A stretch of DNA of 21,124 bases. Origin: Ginkgo biloba (lineage: Eukaryota > Plantae > Ginkgophyta). The stretch lies in assembly GCA_024626585.2 (NCBI GenBank), contig JANKJI020000004.1:10537149-10558272 (forward strand), read 5' to 3'. Each line of letters opens with the position of its first letter. The first letter of the stretch is position 1. The notes under the pieces are model-generated. The model was not told where the DNA came from and ran no database searches. It saw nothing but the letters and a program-made list of their open reading frames with translations. The position numbers were made by a program, and so were the translations under genes. Positions 20,490 to 21,124 of the stretch are shown here, piece after piece.

Positions 20490-21124
20490 ACATATTACTT
20501 AAGAAGCTCCCCATTAAATGGATGTAGGAGTTACTAACCATCCAATGTAATCGACCTAAAGGANNNNNNNNNNNNNNNNNNNNNNNNNNNNNNNNNNNNN
20601 NNNNNNNNNNNNNNNNNNNNNNNNNNNNNNNNNNNNNNNNNNNNNNNNNNNNNNNNNNNNNNNNNNNNNNNNNNNNNNNNNNNNNNNNNNNNNNNNGATG
20701 TTTTATCTTCTTTACAAACTAGCACTATAATTTCAACTATTATGCCTCAATATGTTGAATGGATATTATCCAATCTTCATCCATATAGATTATAAAAATA
20801 ATATAATAAATTAATGGATATAATAAATCTTGATAATACACCTATTTTTAATTCCTCAACCTCAAAATTTATTATCATGGTATCTTACTTCCCATAGACC
20901 AATAAGAATGGCATGGCCCCAATGGATACCTTATGAGTGGTTTGACAATCCCATAAATATAAATCTAATTTATGATGACAACATATCCTTTGTTGATTAA
21001 TCATCCATTGTAAAATATTTATCTTTATTATTACTTCTATCCAATCCATTTCCCTAGGGGTGGTATGATGAAGAAAATTAATACTCAATCCCTAGTTACC
21101 ATGTCAACTCCTTCATCATTTGGT
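20490..21124 (-). mobile_element. Ty3/Gypsy integrase core end and C-terminus (Athila/Tat clade), pseudogenised, runs off window
   Basis: LGIEY*FSSSYHP*GNGL [frameshift] IEV...HHKLDLYLWDCQTTHKVSIGAMPFLLVYGK*DTMIINFEV...MDEDWIISIQHIEA**...FVKKIKH [gap] SFRSITLDG**LLHPFNGELLK*Y. This matches YHPQ.NG, LWAYRT..K...G..PF.LVYG and the terminal NG..LK.Y motifs. No chromodomain is seen. Confidence 0.9.

Larger units (their letters stand above)
1381..20696. other. Multiple assembly gaps (about 19 N-runs)
   Basis: N-runs of about 17-354 nt, many at or near 100 N (placeholder size). Distances and possibly order across gaps are uncertain. Confidence 0.95.

Noticed and set aside
1-21124. CRISPR array, tRNA/rRNA genes, prokaryotic operon or defence system
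   Set aside because: No repeat-spacer periodicity, no structural RNA signatures, very low coding density and clear plant TE/PPR content.

Overview
This is AT-rich eukaryotic (land-plant, probably gymnosperm-like) nuclear DNA from a fragmented draft scaffold with about 19 N-gaps, many near 100 N. It is not a prokaryotic or operon-type region, and nearly all ORFs in the supplied track are spurious or span N-runs. The one credible host gene is missing from the track because it runs off the left edge. It is a minus-strand frame from ATG 412, open for 137 codons (MKTVAVFMLLLSFLLHAFSFTEARFVMGPS...VLSRRIDEMGSRRM...), with a clear signal peptide and the architecture of a plant secreted peptide precursor, in a CpG-retaining island. 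The remaining ~20 kb is CpG-depleted upstream intergenic DNA made of decayed elements. These include two Ty3/Gypsy gag relics in opposite orientations, an Athila/Tat-type integrase end with polypurine tract and 3' LTR start, a PLS-class PPR gene fragment, two fossil accessory-type ORFs, a possible LINE 3' end, and several inverted or tandem repeats. I see no evidence for a novel multi-gene system; the uncharacterised secreted precursor is the best lead.
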